A stretch of DNA of 64,000 nucleotides, from NCBI GenBank assembly GCA_002269645.1, contig NIVC01000278.1, forward strand, positions 310,001 through 374,000. Direction: 5' to 3'. Both the position numbers and the translations under genes were made by a program. The stretch is from Macrostomum lignano. Its lineage: Eukaryota. Positions 13,431 to 26,602 of the stretch are shown one piece after another (positions within the stretch are counted from its first letter, which is position 1; each line of letters starts with the position of its first letter). The notes below the pieces were generated by a model, which had not been told where the DNA came from, did no database searches, and saw nothing but the letters and a program-made list of their open reading frames with translations.

Positions 13431-14764
13431 AAAATAGTAAGTAAATACAATACAACTGGGTCATAAAGTGTTACATAAGCCCACTGGTCCTATTCTCATG
13501 GCTCATAACCACTGTAACAGGGAATATCGTTGCCGATATAAAATTGCAATTGGACAGCGGACACACAGATAGAAAGTGAAGAGGGGAATTATTGTATCGC
13601 GATAAAAAAGATCCCCAGTTATAAAACCGCTAACTTTCTATTACCCTCTTCTCTAACTGTGCTCACAGCCAGCTCAACTAGGGCAGCCGTGAAGGGGGGC
13701 GATTGCGTAACTCTCTCTTGAGTCTCGACTCTTAGTGAGAAGAAAAAAACCGAGAACACAATGAGACTTGAAGTTGAAGAATCAAGAACCATCAAAACGT
13801 CCCCGGAAGTCCTGGGTCTGCCCCCCCTCCCAATCTCTCTCTCTCTCATGTCTCTTGTCAACAATATCTTCTTTTAGAAGAAATTTGAGCCTGACGTTAC
13901 TGAAGAGCATCGTCAATCATAGAAGCGTGCCTATCTTATAGACAAAGAAGTGGTTAAATGGGGAAAAACACACAGATCCGATATTGTGATATTTGACAAC
14001 TTAGCAACAAGAAGTCGTTAGTCTACATTACAGCATCTGACATGTTGAAGGTTCCAGGTTCCAGGTGCCAGCAAGTAGATGCAGTGTTTACTCGCTCGCA
14101 TAGCAACTATATTCGCCGCTAATACGCTCCGTAATCTCTAACTGGTTAATAAAATGCGTCATTAAGTCGGATGCCATAATCCACTAGCATCCCAAGCTTC
14201 ACGCACTGATGCACGGATCCCTACAGTAAAAGAGAGAAACGATGCGTTGTAGCTTGCAGGAATAAAAATGAAGTCCCATCATAGTCTGCACTTTGTCTCT
14301 GTCTCTCGCTCTCCCGCCCTTCCCAGCAATTGCATTGGAGTTTGAGAACGATAACTGAGGGCGTGGGGAGAAGGTAACATAGGCGACTTTTTTGGCATCC
14401 GCGCGCATGGACGTATAGAAAGACAATGGGGTACTGGGAAGAGGGATAAAGGCTAGGAGTGAGTTTATTGATCCTCAGCTGTCAATTTTAGTTATTTTTG
14501 CATTTTGTAAAAAATCGCGCAAAAAATACTTTTTTTCCCCAGCTGGGCCAGCAGCCCATGAAACCCCACCCCCCGCTGGCACCAGAGATGTTGGGCTTGC
14601 GTTGAATTTCAACGGACATTATTAAAAGTAGCCAGTTTTCTCTCAGTCCATCATCTCAAAAGTGAAGGCCCATTAGGGAGATCTAATTATCTATACAGAA
14701 AGTTTATTCACTTGAAACTTTGGGCTTGAAAGTAAGGAATTAAGAATGTGATTCTCATCAGGGA

Positions 14765-16135
14765 TTAGGAAGGGCGATTCGATTCTTATTATGGATTTAG
14801 AGGAAGGGCGATTCTTATTATGAAATTAGGAAGGGCGATTCCTAATTATTATCTATAAGGACGATATTCTCATTAGGAGATTAAGGAAGCGTGATATTCT
14901 TATTAGGGAGTTAAGGAAGAGCGATTCTTACTAGAGAATTAGAAAGGGCGATTCTTATTATGAAATTAGGAAGGACGATTCTTATTATGAAATTAGGAAG
15001 GGCGATTCTTATTATGAAATTAGGAAGGGCGATTCTTATTATGAAATTAGGAAGGGCGATTCTTATTATGAAATTAGGAAGGACGATTCTTGTTATGAAA
15101 TTAGGAAGAGCGATTCTTATTATGAAATTAGGAAGGGCGATTCTTATTATGAAATTAGGAAGGACGATTCTTGTTATGAAATTAGGAAGAGCGATTCTTA
15201 CTAGAGAATTAGAAAGGGCGATTCTTATTAGATAATTAGAAAGGGCGATTCTTATTATGAAATTAGGAAGGACGATTCTTGTTATGAAATTAGGAAGGGC
15301 GATTCTTATTATGAAATTAGGAAGGACGATTCTTATTATGAAATTAGGAAGGGCGATTCTTATTATGAAATTAGGAAGGGCGATTCTTATTATGAAATTA
15401 GGAAGGACGATTCTTGTTATGAAATTAGGAAGAGCGATTCTTACTAGAGAATTAGAAAGGGCGATTCTTATTAGATAATTAGAAAGGGCGATTCTTATTA
15501 TGAAATTAGGAAGGACGATTCTTGTTATGAAATTAGGAAGGGCGATTCTTATTATGAAATTAGGAAGGACGATTCTTATTATGAAATTAGGAAGGGCGAT
15601 TCTTATTAGGGAATTAAAGAAAGGCGATTTTTATTAGGGAATTAAGGAAGGGCGATTCTTATTATAAAATTAGGAAGGGCGATTCTTATTAGGGAATTAA
15701 GGAAGGGCGATTCTTACTAGGGAATTAAGGAAGGGCGATTCTTATTATAAAATTAGGAACTGCGATTCTTACTAGGGAATTAAGGAAGGGCGATTCTTAT
15801 TATGAAATTAGGAAGGGCGATTCTTATTATAAAATTAGGAAGGGCGATTCTTACTAGGGAATTAAGGAAGGGCGATTCTTATTATAAAATTAGGAAGGGC
15901 GATTCTTGCTAGGGAATTAAGGAAGGGCGATTATTTTATGGGAATTAAGAAGGGCGATTATTTTATGGGAATTAAGAAGGGCGATTCTTGCTAGGGAATT
16001 AAGGAAGGGCGATTATTTTTTGGGAATTAAGAAGGGCGATTCCTAATTATTATCTATAAGGAAGGGCGATATTCTCATTAGGAGATTAAGGAAGCGTGAT
16101 ATTCTTATTAGGGAGTTAAGGAAGGGCGATTCTTA
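14765..16135. repeat. 27-bp minisatellite (ATTATGAAATTAGGAAGGGCGATTCTT)
   Basis: Tandem copies with degenerate edges. Confidence 0.96.
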
Positions 16136-17276
16136 TAAGGAAATCAGAAATTAGGGCAATTCTAATTACTCCCTTCGAGCTATTCGCTCTTTGTTGAAAG
16201 TTTTTACAAAACAGCATCAATATAGTTGGATTTGGATCTAAGAGTACTTGCAGGTACTCGATCATGCAGTTCCGACATGCCCACTAAACTCAAAATTCAT
16301 ACACACGCTCACACAGGGTGTAGTGTACAGCGGCCCCGATCTGACTGCCTATAATACACGCGAATACAAACTAAATGTATACATGTAAAATTCAGCAGCT
16401 TTCTCTCAGATTAAAATTGAACTCTTTGAAAAAGCGCCTCACTCGATCTATTGCTGCGAGTGCATGATGGCTACTACGAGTCACTCTCAAAGCAGGCGGG
16501 CCTTATAAAAGAGAGGAGCTGAGAGGACCGCAGCCTCACTAGCCTCTGTTCCCTCACTTGTCCGGCAGAGAAGGACCAACCTATTCAGTCTTCCTGTGCT
16601 CTGTCTCCAATTTCTCTGCATGCTGGAGCAGCAAGTTTGGCAGCAATGAGGAGGAGGCGTTGCAATAATTTCAGCTTCTCAGAGCGAGAGAGAGAGAGAG
16701 AGCGAGAGAACTTGTATAGAAGCAGAAAAGCAGCAAAGCTTCATTCAGACTTTTCTTCTTCAACCAAAGTCAACTGAAGCGGAGCGGAGAGTGCTCGCCT
16801 GATCGACAGAAACGCGCAGAGCTTGTGGAAGCAAATTCAATTGCTGCTACAAGGAGAGCAACAAGGGGGTGGGGGGGAGTATTGGTGGGACACAAGTGGA
16901 CAGACAGGCTTGAGAGAGAGAGAGAGAGAGCATGGATTGACTGACTCCCGCGCGTAATCGCTCTCTCAAAATGATGGCGGCTACCTCCTCCCCCACGCGG
17001 CTTCCAGTGATCAAACTTGAATCAGCTTCGAGTAGATGTCTTTAATAAGTTGAACGCGTTTGATAAAAATTCAATTAGGAAAAACAGGAAGCTTGGCTAC
17101 GCTCGACAAAGCAACTTGAGATCTGTGAACCAAGCAAGGAGCGTCGCCATGGGATTTTTGGTGGGGGGGACAAAGCCAAGAATTCTACATGTACATGTAC
17201 AAGTACATGACTAAATTCTACATGTCCCTTATTTTGAGAATCGGGTGTTGTCAGCTGCCTATTTTGGCTATCCATA

Positions 17277-17800
17277 CAGGCACTCATTTAAGCGCCTCAA
17301 GGCACTCATTTTAGCCTCACAAGCACTCATTTTAGCGCCACAGGCACTCATTTTAGCGCCGCAGGCACTCATTTTAGCGCCGCAGGCACTCATTCTGGCG
17401 CCGCAGGCACTCATTTAAGCGCCGCAGGCACTCATTTAAGCGCCTCAAGGCACTCATTTTAGCCTCACAAGCACTCATTTTGGCGCCGCAGGAACCATTT
17501 TAGCGCCGCAGGCACTCATTTTAGCGCCGCAGGCACTCATTTTGGCGCCGCAGGCACTCATTTTGGCGCCGCAGGCACTCATTTAAGCGCCGCAGGCACT
17601 CATTTAAGCGCCGCAGGCACTCATTTTAGCGCCGCAGGCACTCATTTAAGCGCCGCAGGCACTCATTTTAGCGCCGCAGGCACTCATTTTAGCGCCGCAT
17701 GCACTCATTTTGGCGCCGCAGGCACTCATTTTAGCGCCGCAGGCACTCATTTAAGCGCCGCAGGCACTCATTTTAGCGCCGCAGGCACTCATTTTAGCGC
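17277..17800. repeat. 21-bp minisatellite (GCACTCATTTTAGCGCCGCAG)
   Basis: Tandem copies. Confidence 0.96.
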
Positions 17801-19513
17801 CCCAAGCAAAAATGACGCCCTGAAGAAAAGTTATTGATTTCCACATTTCCCTGTCCCCTCGTGGTGACGCCCCTGGTACCAAGGACCTCTGTATAGTATA
17901 TAACAGGACGTAAAACTCAAAGATCGTGTAATGTTTTAGGAGGTCAAAAAAATCAATGATAGCATTTGATCTAGGGTAGTGATGATTATCATACTTGAAA
18001 TTTAGCATGCACTAATGTGCATTTAAATGTCATTAACTGCTCGCTAATTTCGATATTTCTTTCCTGCAAGCGGGCTTAAATGTAGTCTATGGCATTAAAA
18101 GGCAAGAATAAGTGCCCAGCGGGCACAAAGGTCATGGTACAATAAAACAAAAACTTCAATTGCTTTTGTCAACCAATTTAAGAATTCATTTGAAAGTGCT
18201 AGTAGATTTTCGGTCTTGCCCATAGACATAGACAGACGGGAAAAGCCAAGCAAGTATACGATCGTAGTAATTAATTCCGATCTTTTACTGAATTGTTCTA
18301 CATTAATCAGAGATCTACATGTAGAAGGGTTCCTATAGCTTTCTAGAAGCCTTTCTTATATAGCTCTATTGATATTCATAGAGCTTTTAGTTTAGATAAT
18401 TAGAATTCATATCAATTTTAGATCCTTTGTGTGGATGTCCGACACAGCTCGACTCATTAGTTTTACGACCCAATGACCTAAACAAAACTGACCTGACCTC
18501 AAAGCTGCAGCGAAAAACAATTTCTGCTTTTAAAGAAACTGTCGAAAATTAACCACTTAACCAGCCGTGCGCACAGCATGCGTATAACGCAGTAATCAGT
18601 TTAAGCTGATTGCGTCAATAGAAAGGTCGATGAGGTGACCTCCACTGCTACTCCAGGGTTTTAGCGCAGTAAAAATATCGAACCAACCTCAAATTGCCGA
18701 AATCATAATTCAATAGGCCAGGGACAGGACGCCTGGCAATTAGCAGCCGAAAGCCTAAACGGTTAATCCCTTAATCTGATTTTACTTGGAGAAGCGATTC
18801 TCTTAAACTGGCATAAAATTTCCACTAGCATGCAATAGCCTACTAGTGCAAGTAGAAAGTAAAGATTTTTATAGCAAAAAATCAACAATTTCTATAAGCA
18901 AACAAAGCAGTTTTAATTTCTATATTCGTCGTTTTCCGTAAGAATAACAAATCGAAACCATTTTGAAAAGTTGTTCAACAGGCAGAACGAGAGAAAAATC
19001 GTGAATCAAACATCGTTTTTATTATTATTGATATTTCAAATCAATTGTGAAACAATTTAACAAAAGAGAACAACTACTTGATATTAACATTATATTATAG
19101 CAACCGGTAGCAATTTTCATTTTATTCAACCGATGCTTCTACTTTTGTCTATGGTCAAAACACCGCCTATGGTTGAAAAAAACAGATCCTCACAAGATAC
19201 AAAATCTGAATTCATTGACGCTCTCTCCATACACGGTTTTGGCCATAGACAATCGTCCAAGTACGAGTTGAATATGGTTGATCGTGTCTTGTAAGTTTAG
19301 TCTATGGTCAAAAGCTATTTGAAATAGGCCGGAGGTTGGCAAACTCACGGCCCACTACTTTCTTAGCTCTCATCTAACTTGTAGCCATGAGCCAGATGAA
19401 AAGTTTGCCAAGCCCTATATAGTACTATACTAGTAAGTATTACTAATCAATTATAATTAAATGATTCGCAAGTTTAATTTTCAGTTCATATCTGGCCATC
19501 GCCCACGCAACCT

Positions 19514-22500
19514 TCACTGAGTCTCCATAGCCTCCCGCAGAGCTGGGAAGTGCTTGAAAAAGGCGGAGAACAGTTGCACACCCTGGCCAGGGGCAGCAGC
19601 CGCTCCAGTCTCCCGGATGCTGTGCATGCCGAATATTGGCGAACCAACATCAATAGTAGGCAGGCCAACTTTAGCGGCTAGAATCGGTCCGATGGTGGAG
19701 CCGCAGGCCATGTCCTGCCGGATGACAAAGTCCTGCAGCTGAGCAGCCGGGTCAGACAGTCGCAGGCATTCCCGCAGCAACGAGGAGGTCAAACAGTTGG
19801 TGGCGTAGCGCTGGTTAGCATTCTCCTTGATCACAACACCGCCAAATAGGCTGGGCCGGTGCTTCCGCTCGTGTTTCTCCTCATAGTTGGGATGCACAGC
19901 GTGAGCAACATCGGCTGAGACCAGCAGCGACTTCGGCACGGCAGTTTCAAACTCGGAACCCTGACTCAGCCGTCTGAGAAAGTGCAAGGTGAGCGCGCTG
20001 CCGGCGCCCTGCGCCGACTCGCTGCCGATCTCCTCGTGATCGTACAGGCACACAACTCGGCAGTTCGGGTCGGATTCGAGTCCGGGAGCTTCAATCAGTG
20101 CGGTGAGTGCCGAGTAGCAGCTGAGCAGATTGTCCAGCCTTGGGGATGAGACAAAATCACCATTCAGACCGGTCACAGCGGCCGGCTGGGTGTCGGCCAG
20201 GTACAAATCCCAGTCTAGGATGTCGGCAGGCTGACAGCCCAGTTTTTCGGCGACGCGAGCCAACAGGCCGACTGGATGGCGCTGAGGCGGCGCCGAGGTG
20301 TCGCTTCCGGTTCCGGCGCCCGACGCGTCGGCGGCCAACTTCCGGCACAGGATTGGCGCCAGGTGATTCTCTTTGTTAGGGACGAAGCCTTCGTCATTCA
20401 CTGTGCGGTTCAGGTGGATGGCCAGGCTGGGCACCTGGGGTGGGCGAAAAGGCGGCTGTGTACAGCATGCTGAGTACTCGGGCACTTTGAGCACAGACAG
20501 GTGAGAACATCTATAGACATTGCCAGCACATCTACAGACACTGCAAGCGCATCTACAGACACTGTCAGCACATCTACAGACACTGCCAGCACATCTACAG
20601 ACACTGCAAGCACATCTACAGACACTGCCAGCACATCTACAGACACTGCAAGCACATCTACAGACACTGCCAGCACATCTACAGACACTGTCAGCACATC
20701 TACAGACACTGCCAGCACATCTACAGACACTGCCAGCACATCTACAGACACTGTCAGCACATCTACAGACACTGCCAGCACATCTACAGACACTGCAAGC
20801 ACATCTACAGACACTGCCAGCACATCTACAGACACTGTCAGCACATCTACAGACACTGCCAGCACATCTACAGACACTGCCAGCACATTTACAGACACTG
20901 CCAGCACATCTACAGACACTGTCAGCACATCTACAGACACTGTCACCACATCTACAGACACTGCCAACGCATCTATAGACACTGCAAGAACATCTACAGA
21001 CACTGCAAGTCCATAATCTAACTAAAGATACTGAAAGCACATGTACAGAAAACGACTAGAGAAAACTGTAAACACACCTATAGAGATGTAAATGAATCTA
21101 GAGACATAGAAATGCATCAAAGATTCTACGTGAAAGACAAAAAAACGAACCATAAGGCTTACAAACCTCACCCATAGACACAATTTAAGACCCACAAACC
21201 TCACCCATAGACACAAATGACCTACAAACCCCACCCATAGACACAAATGACCCACACAACCCACCCATAGACACAAATGACCCACACAAACCCCACCCAT
21301 AGACACAAATGACCCACACAACCCACCCATAGACACAAATGACCCACACAAACCCCACCCATAGACACAAATGACCCACACAACCCACCCATGCTTGGGC
21401 GCAACTTAGGGATTCACCCGACCGTTTCTATTGGCAACACACACATGTAAGTCGCTATTGGACAGAATAGTAGTCACGTGACTGCTCTCAGCCAATAGCG
21501 ACTTACATGTGTGTGTTGCCAATAGAAACGGCCGGGTGAATCCCAAGGTTGCGCATGTATAAACCCACCCATAGACACAAAATGACCCACACAACTCACC
21601 CATAGACACAAAATGACCCACACAACTCACCCATAGACACAAATGACCCACACAACACAACTCACCCATAGACACAAATGACCCACACAACTCACCCAAA
21701 GACACAAAGGACCCACACAACCCACCCATAGACACAAAATGACCCACACAACTCACCCATAGACACAAAATGACCCACACAACTCACCCATAGACACAAA
21801 TGACCCACACAACACAACTCACCCATAGACACAAATGACCCACACAACCCACCCATAGATACAAATGACCCACACAACTCACCCATAGACACAAAGGACC
21901 CACACAACCCACCCATAGACACAAATGACCCACACACCCCACCCATAGACACAAATGACCCACACAACTCACCCATAGATACAAATGACCCACACAACTC
22001 ACCCATAGATACAAATGACCCACACAACTCACCCATAGACACAAATGACCCATACAACCCACCCATAGACACAAAGGACCCACACAAACCTCACCCATAG
22101 ATACAAATGACCTACAAACCTCACCCATAGACACAAATGACCAACACAATTCACCCATAGACACAAAATGACCCACACAACTCACCCATAGACACAAATG
22201 ACCCACACAACTCACCCATAGACACAAATGACCCACACAACTCACCCATAGACACAAATGACCGAAAAACCCCACACAGACACAAATGACCCACAAACCC
22301 CACCAATAGACACAAATGACCCACAAACCCCACCAATAGACACAAATGACCGAAAAACCCCACACAGACACAAATGACCCACAAACCCCACCAATAGACA
22401 CAAATGACCGAAAAACCCCACACAGACACAAATGACCCACAAACCCCACCAATAGACACAAATGACCCACAAACCCCACCAATAGACACCAATGACCGAA

Positions 22501-25500
22501 AAACCCCCACACAGACACAAATGACCCACAAACCCCACCAATAGACACAAATGACCCAAAAACCCCCACACAGACACAAATGACCCACAAACCCCACCAA
22601 TAGACACAAATGACCCAAAAACCCCACACAGACACAAATGACCCACAAACCCCACCAATAGACACAAATGACCCACAAACCCCACCAATAGACACCAATG
22701 ACCGAAAAACCCCACACAGACACAAATGACCCACAAACCCCACCAATAGACACAAATGACCCAAAAACCCCCACACAGACACAAATGACCCACAAACCCC
22801 ACCAATAGACACAAATGACCCAAAAACCCCACACAGACACAAATGACCCACAAACCCCACCAATAGACACAAATGACCCACAAACCCCACCAATAGACAC
22901 AAATGACCCAAAAACCCCACACAGACACAAATGACCCACAAACCCCACCAATAGACACAAATGACCCAAAAACCCCACACAGACACAAATGACCCACAAA
23001 CCCCACCAATAGACACCAATGACCGAAAAACCCCCACACAGACACAAATGACCCACAAACCCCACCAATAGACACAAATGACCCACAAACCCCACCAATA
23101 GACACCAATGACCGAAAAACCCCCACACAGACACAAATGACCCACAAACCCCACCAATAGACACAAATGACCCAAAAACCCCCACACAGACACAAATGAC
23201 CCACAAACCCCACCAATAGACACAAATGACCCAAAAACCCCACACAGACACAAATGACCCACAAACCCCACCAATAGACACAAATGACCCACAAACCCCA
23301 CCAATAGACACAAATGACCCAAAAACCCCACCCATAGACACAAATGACACTAGGAATCTTTCCCATAGACACAAATGACACTAGGAATCTTTCCCATAGA
23401 CACAAATGACACTAGGAATCTTTCCCATAGACACAAATGACACTAGGAATCTTTCCCATAGACACAAATGACACTAGGAATCTTTCCCATAGACACAAAT
23501 GACACTAGGAATCTTTCCCATAGACACAAATGACACTAGGAATCTTTCCCATAGACACAAATGACACTAGGAATCTTTCCCATAGACACAAATGACACTA
23601 CGAATCTTTCCCATAGACACAAATGACACTACGAATCTTTCCCATAGACACAAATGACACTACGAATCTTTCCCATAGACACAAATGACACTAGGAATCT
23701 TTCCCATAGACACAAATGACACTAGGAATCTTTCCCATAGACACAAATGACACTAGGAATCTTTCCCATAGACACAAATGACACTAGGAATCTTTCCCAT
23801 AGACACAAATGACACTAGGAATCTTTCCCATAGACACAAATGACACTACGAATCTTTCCCATAGACACAAATGACACTAGGAATCTTTCCCATAGACACA
23901 AATGACACTAGGAATCTTTCCCATAGACACAAATGACACTAGGAATCTTTCCCATAGACACAAATGACACTAGGAATCTTTCCCATAGACACAAATGACA
24001 CTAGGAATCTTTCCCATAGACACAAATGACACTAGGAATCTTTCCCATAGACACAAATGACACTAGGAATCTTTCCCATAGACACAAATGACACTAGGAA
24101 TCTTTCCCATAGACACAAATGACACTACGAATCTTTCCCATAGACACAAATGACACTACGAATCTTTCCCATAGACACAAATGACACTACGAATCTTTCC
24201 CATAGACACAAATGACACTAGGAATCTTTCCCATAGACACAAATGACACTAGGAATCTTTCCCATAGACACAAATGACACTAGGAATCTTTCCCATAGAC
24301 ACAAATGACACTACGAATCTTTCCCATAGACACAAATGACACTACGAATCTTTCCCATAGACACAAATGACACTACGAATCTTTCCCATAGACACAAATG
24401 ACACTACGAATCTTTCCCATAGACACAAATGACACTAGGAATCTTTCCCATAGACACAAATGACACTAGGAATCTTTCCCATAGACACAAACCTTAAACA
24501 CGGGCGCCTCCAAATTGACCAGCCGCTCAGTCAGCCGAGAGGAGTCGCTGCTACCGCCGCTGCCGCTGCGCACAATGACCCGGCCAGCCACAGTGAGGTC
24601 CCTGTCAAACCAGGAATACCACAGCCCGCCGCCGTAGGTTTCAACTCCGCACTGTAGCAGTTCGCCGGCGCTCTCGCGTAGACTCACGGGCTTTAGCTGG
24701 GTTTTGAAAACGATGAATAAACATCAATATAAACCATCAAACGCTACTACTTATAAGTAAGATGTTGGGGAAGGATAAGTGGATTACAGCTTTTTATATC
24801 AAAATGATCATTTTACGGCTAGGTTACGAGGTTGTGATCGTAAACTAAAAATTTAGTTTAACCCTCCTTTCCCCACCCTCTCCTCACCCTCCTTCCCCCA
24901 CCCTCTCCTTACCCCCCTCTCCACCCTCTTTTCTCCACCCTCCTCTCACGCACCTTTCCCCTCACCCTCCTTTCTCTACCCTCCTCTTACCCTCCTTTCG
25001 CCACCCTCCTCTCACCCTCCTTTCCCCACCTTCCTCTCCTCACCCTCCTTTCCCCACCCTCTCCTCACCCTCCTTTCCCCACCCTCTCCTCACCCTCCTT
25101 TCCCCACCCTCTCCTCACCCTCCTTTCCCCACCCTCTCCTCACCCTCCTTTCCCCACCCTCTCCTCACCCTCCTTTCCCCACCTTCCTCTCCTCACCCTC
25201 CTTTCCCCACCCTCTCCTCACCCTCCTTTCCCCACCCTCTCCTCACCCTCCTTTCCCCACCCTCTCCTCACCCTCCTTTCCCCACCCTCTCCTCACCCTC
25301 CTTTCCCCACCCTCTCCTCACCCTCCTTTCCCCACCCTCTCCTCACCCTCCTTTCCCCACCCTCTCCTCACCCTCATTTCCCCACCCTCTCCTCACCCTC
25401 CTTACTCTCTTTTCCCCATCCTATCCTCACCCTCCTCTCCCCAACCTCCTTATCCTCCATTCCCCACCCTCCTCTCACCCTCAGACACGGCGAGTCGGTG

Positions 25501-25796
25501 TGCGCCCCCACAATGCTGAAGCCATTGCCCGGCTTCCATTTTCCGCCAGTAGCGAAAGCAAAAATAGTTGACCCATTGCGAGTAACAAAGCCTTTCTGAT
25601 TCGGCCGCAGAGACCAGGATTGATCCTCCCGCAGTTGGGCGAACCCGGCGGCTTCGAGCATTCGCCGGGACTCGGCTACAGCGTGGAACGGCGATGGAGA
25701 CCGGTTGACAAACTCGCACAGCTGCTGGGACAGATCCGCCGTTTTCCAGGCGGCTGCAGCGGCGGCGGCGACAGATGGAGCGGAGCTGGTGCTCAT
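19514..25796 (-). CDS. DNPEP: Aspartyl aminopeptidase (peptidase M18), 3 exons, about 480 aa
   Basis: Exons 25796-25479, 24696-24493 and 20434-19514, all GT-AG and phase 0. The M18 motifs are all present: [60 protein letters not shown] and [12 protein letters not shown], covering the His/Asp/Glu/Asp/His zinc-ligand set. Confidence 0.96.
20505..21010. repeat. 21-bp minisatellite (ACATCTACAGACACTGCCAGC) in DNPEP intron 2
   Basis: Tandem copies; gives the false Cys-rich N-terminus of track ORF 19514..21040. Confidence 0.96.
21165..24490. repeat. Compound 27-31-bp minisatellite with core AGACACAAATGAC, DNPEP intron 2
   Basis: Three zones with different units; the last zone (23340-24490) is a near-perfect 31-mer, TTTCCCATAGACACAAATGACACTAGGAATC. 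Confidence 0.97.
21399..21554. mobile_element. 156-bp foldback/MITE-like palindrome inserted in a minisatellite (DNPEP intron 2)
   Basis: 63-bp inverted arms (60/63 identical) surround a 30-bp spacer containing AGTCACGTGACT. No clear TSD. Confidence 0.6.
24862..25480. repeat. 25-bp polypyrimidine minisatellite (CCCTCCTTTCCCCACCCTCTCCTCA), DNPEP intron 1
   Basis: Tandem copies that abut the exon 1 donor. Confidence 0.95.
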
Positions 25797-25859
25797 CTGG
25801 AATTTTTATGACCTCATTTTTTAGATTGCAAGCGTATCGAGAAATTAAGCTGTTAGTCT

Positions 25860-26255
25860 GCTATTCTGTCTGTCTACCTGTATTTTCCCACCTTTTTCTT
25901 CTCGCGTTTGTCTGCGTATCCGTTTTCGTGTTTATCTGCCTGTCTGTTTTCGTGTGTTTGTTTGTCTGTCTCTTCTCGTGTTTGTTTGTCTGTCTCTTCT
26001 CGTGTTTGTCTGTCTGTCTCTTCTCGTGTTTGCCTGTCTGCCTGTCTCTTCTCGTGTTTGTCTGCCTGTTTCTTCTCGTGTTTGTCTGCCTGTCTCTTCT
26101 CGTGTTTGTCTGCCTGTCTCTTCTCGTGTTTGTCTGCCTGTCTCTTCTCGTGTTTGTCTGCCTGTCTCTTCTCTCGTGTTTGTCTGCCTGTCTCTTCTCG
26201 TGTTTGTCTGCCTGTCTCTTCTCGTGTTTGTCTGCGTGTCTCTACTCGTGTTTGT
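25860..26255. repeat. 24-bp minisatellite (GTCTCTTCTCGTGTTTGTCTGCCT)
   Basis: Tandem copies just upstream of DNPEP. Confidence 0.93.
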
Positions 26256-26602
26256 TTGTTGTTATTCTGTTAACTTTAATTTTTTTAAAGATTAGATTAT
26301 AACCAAATCACTTTTTGAGTATAACTTCCTAAGACAATTCATACAGACACACAGGAAATTCACCCCAGACCATGCGCCATCGTTATAAAGAGGATAAGAA
26401 AAAATACACGAGGTTATTGTGCGATTCTGTTTAATGACCGATTAGAGCTGAGTAAGCTTAAGCTAATTTTCCACAACAACAGCAACAAGAGGTCCCAATG
26501 TCCTTTATTGTGACTTTAAGATCGGGCGTATAGACACCTGTGTGAAACTTTCATTATCAATGTCCACATATTGAAAAAATCGGCTAATAAAGTGCAGAAA
26601 AC

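Noticed and set aside
18557-18766. piggyBac-like element bounded by TTAA-CC...GG-TTAA
   Set aside because: The terminal inverted match does not extend beyond 2 bp.
20435-21040. Cys-rich N-terminus (SVCRCAG repeats) of ORF 19514..21040, suggesting a metallothionein-peptidase fusion
   Set aside because: It is the 21-bp intronic minisatellite read in frame. The real exon starts at the acceptor at 20434 and joins upstream DNPEP exons.
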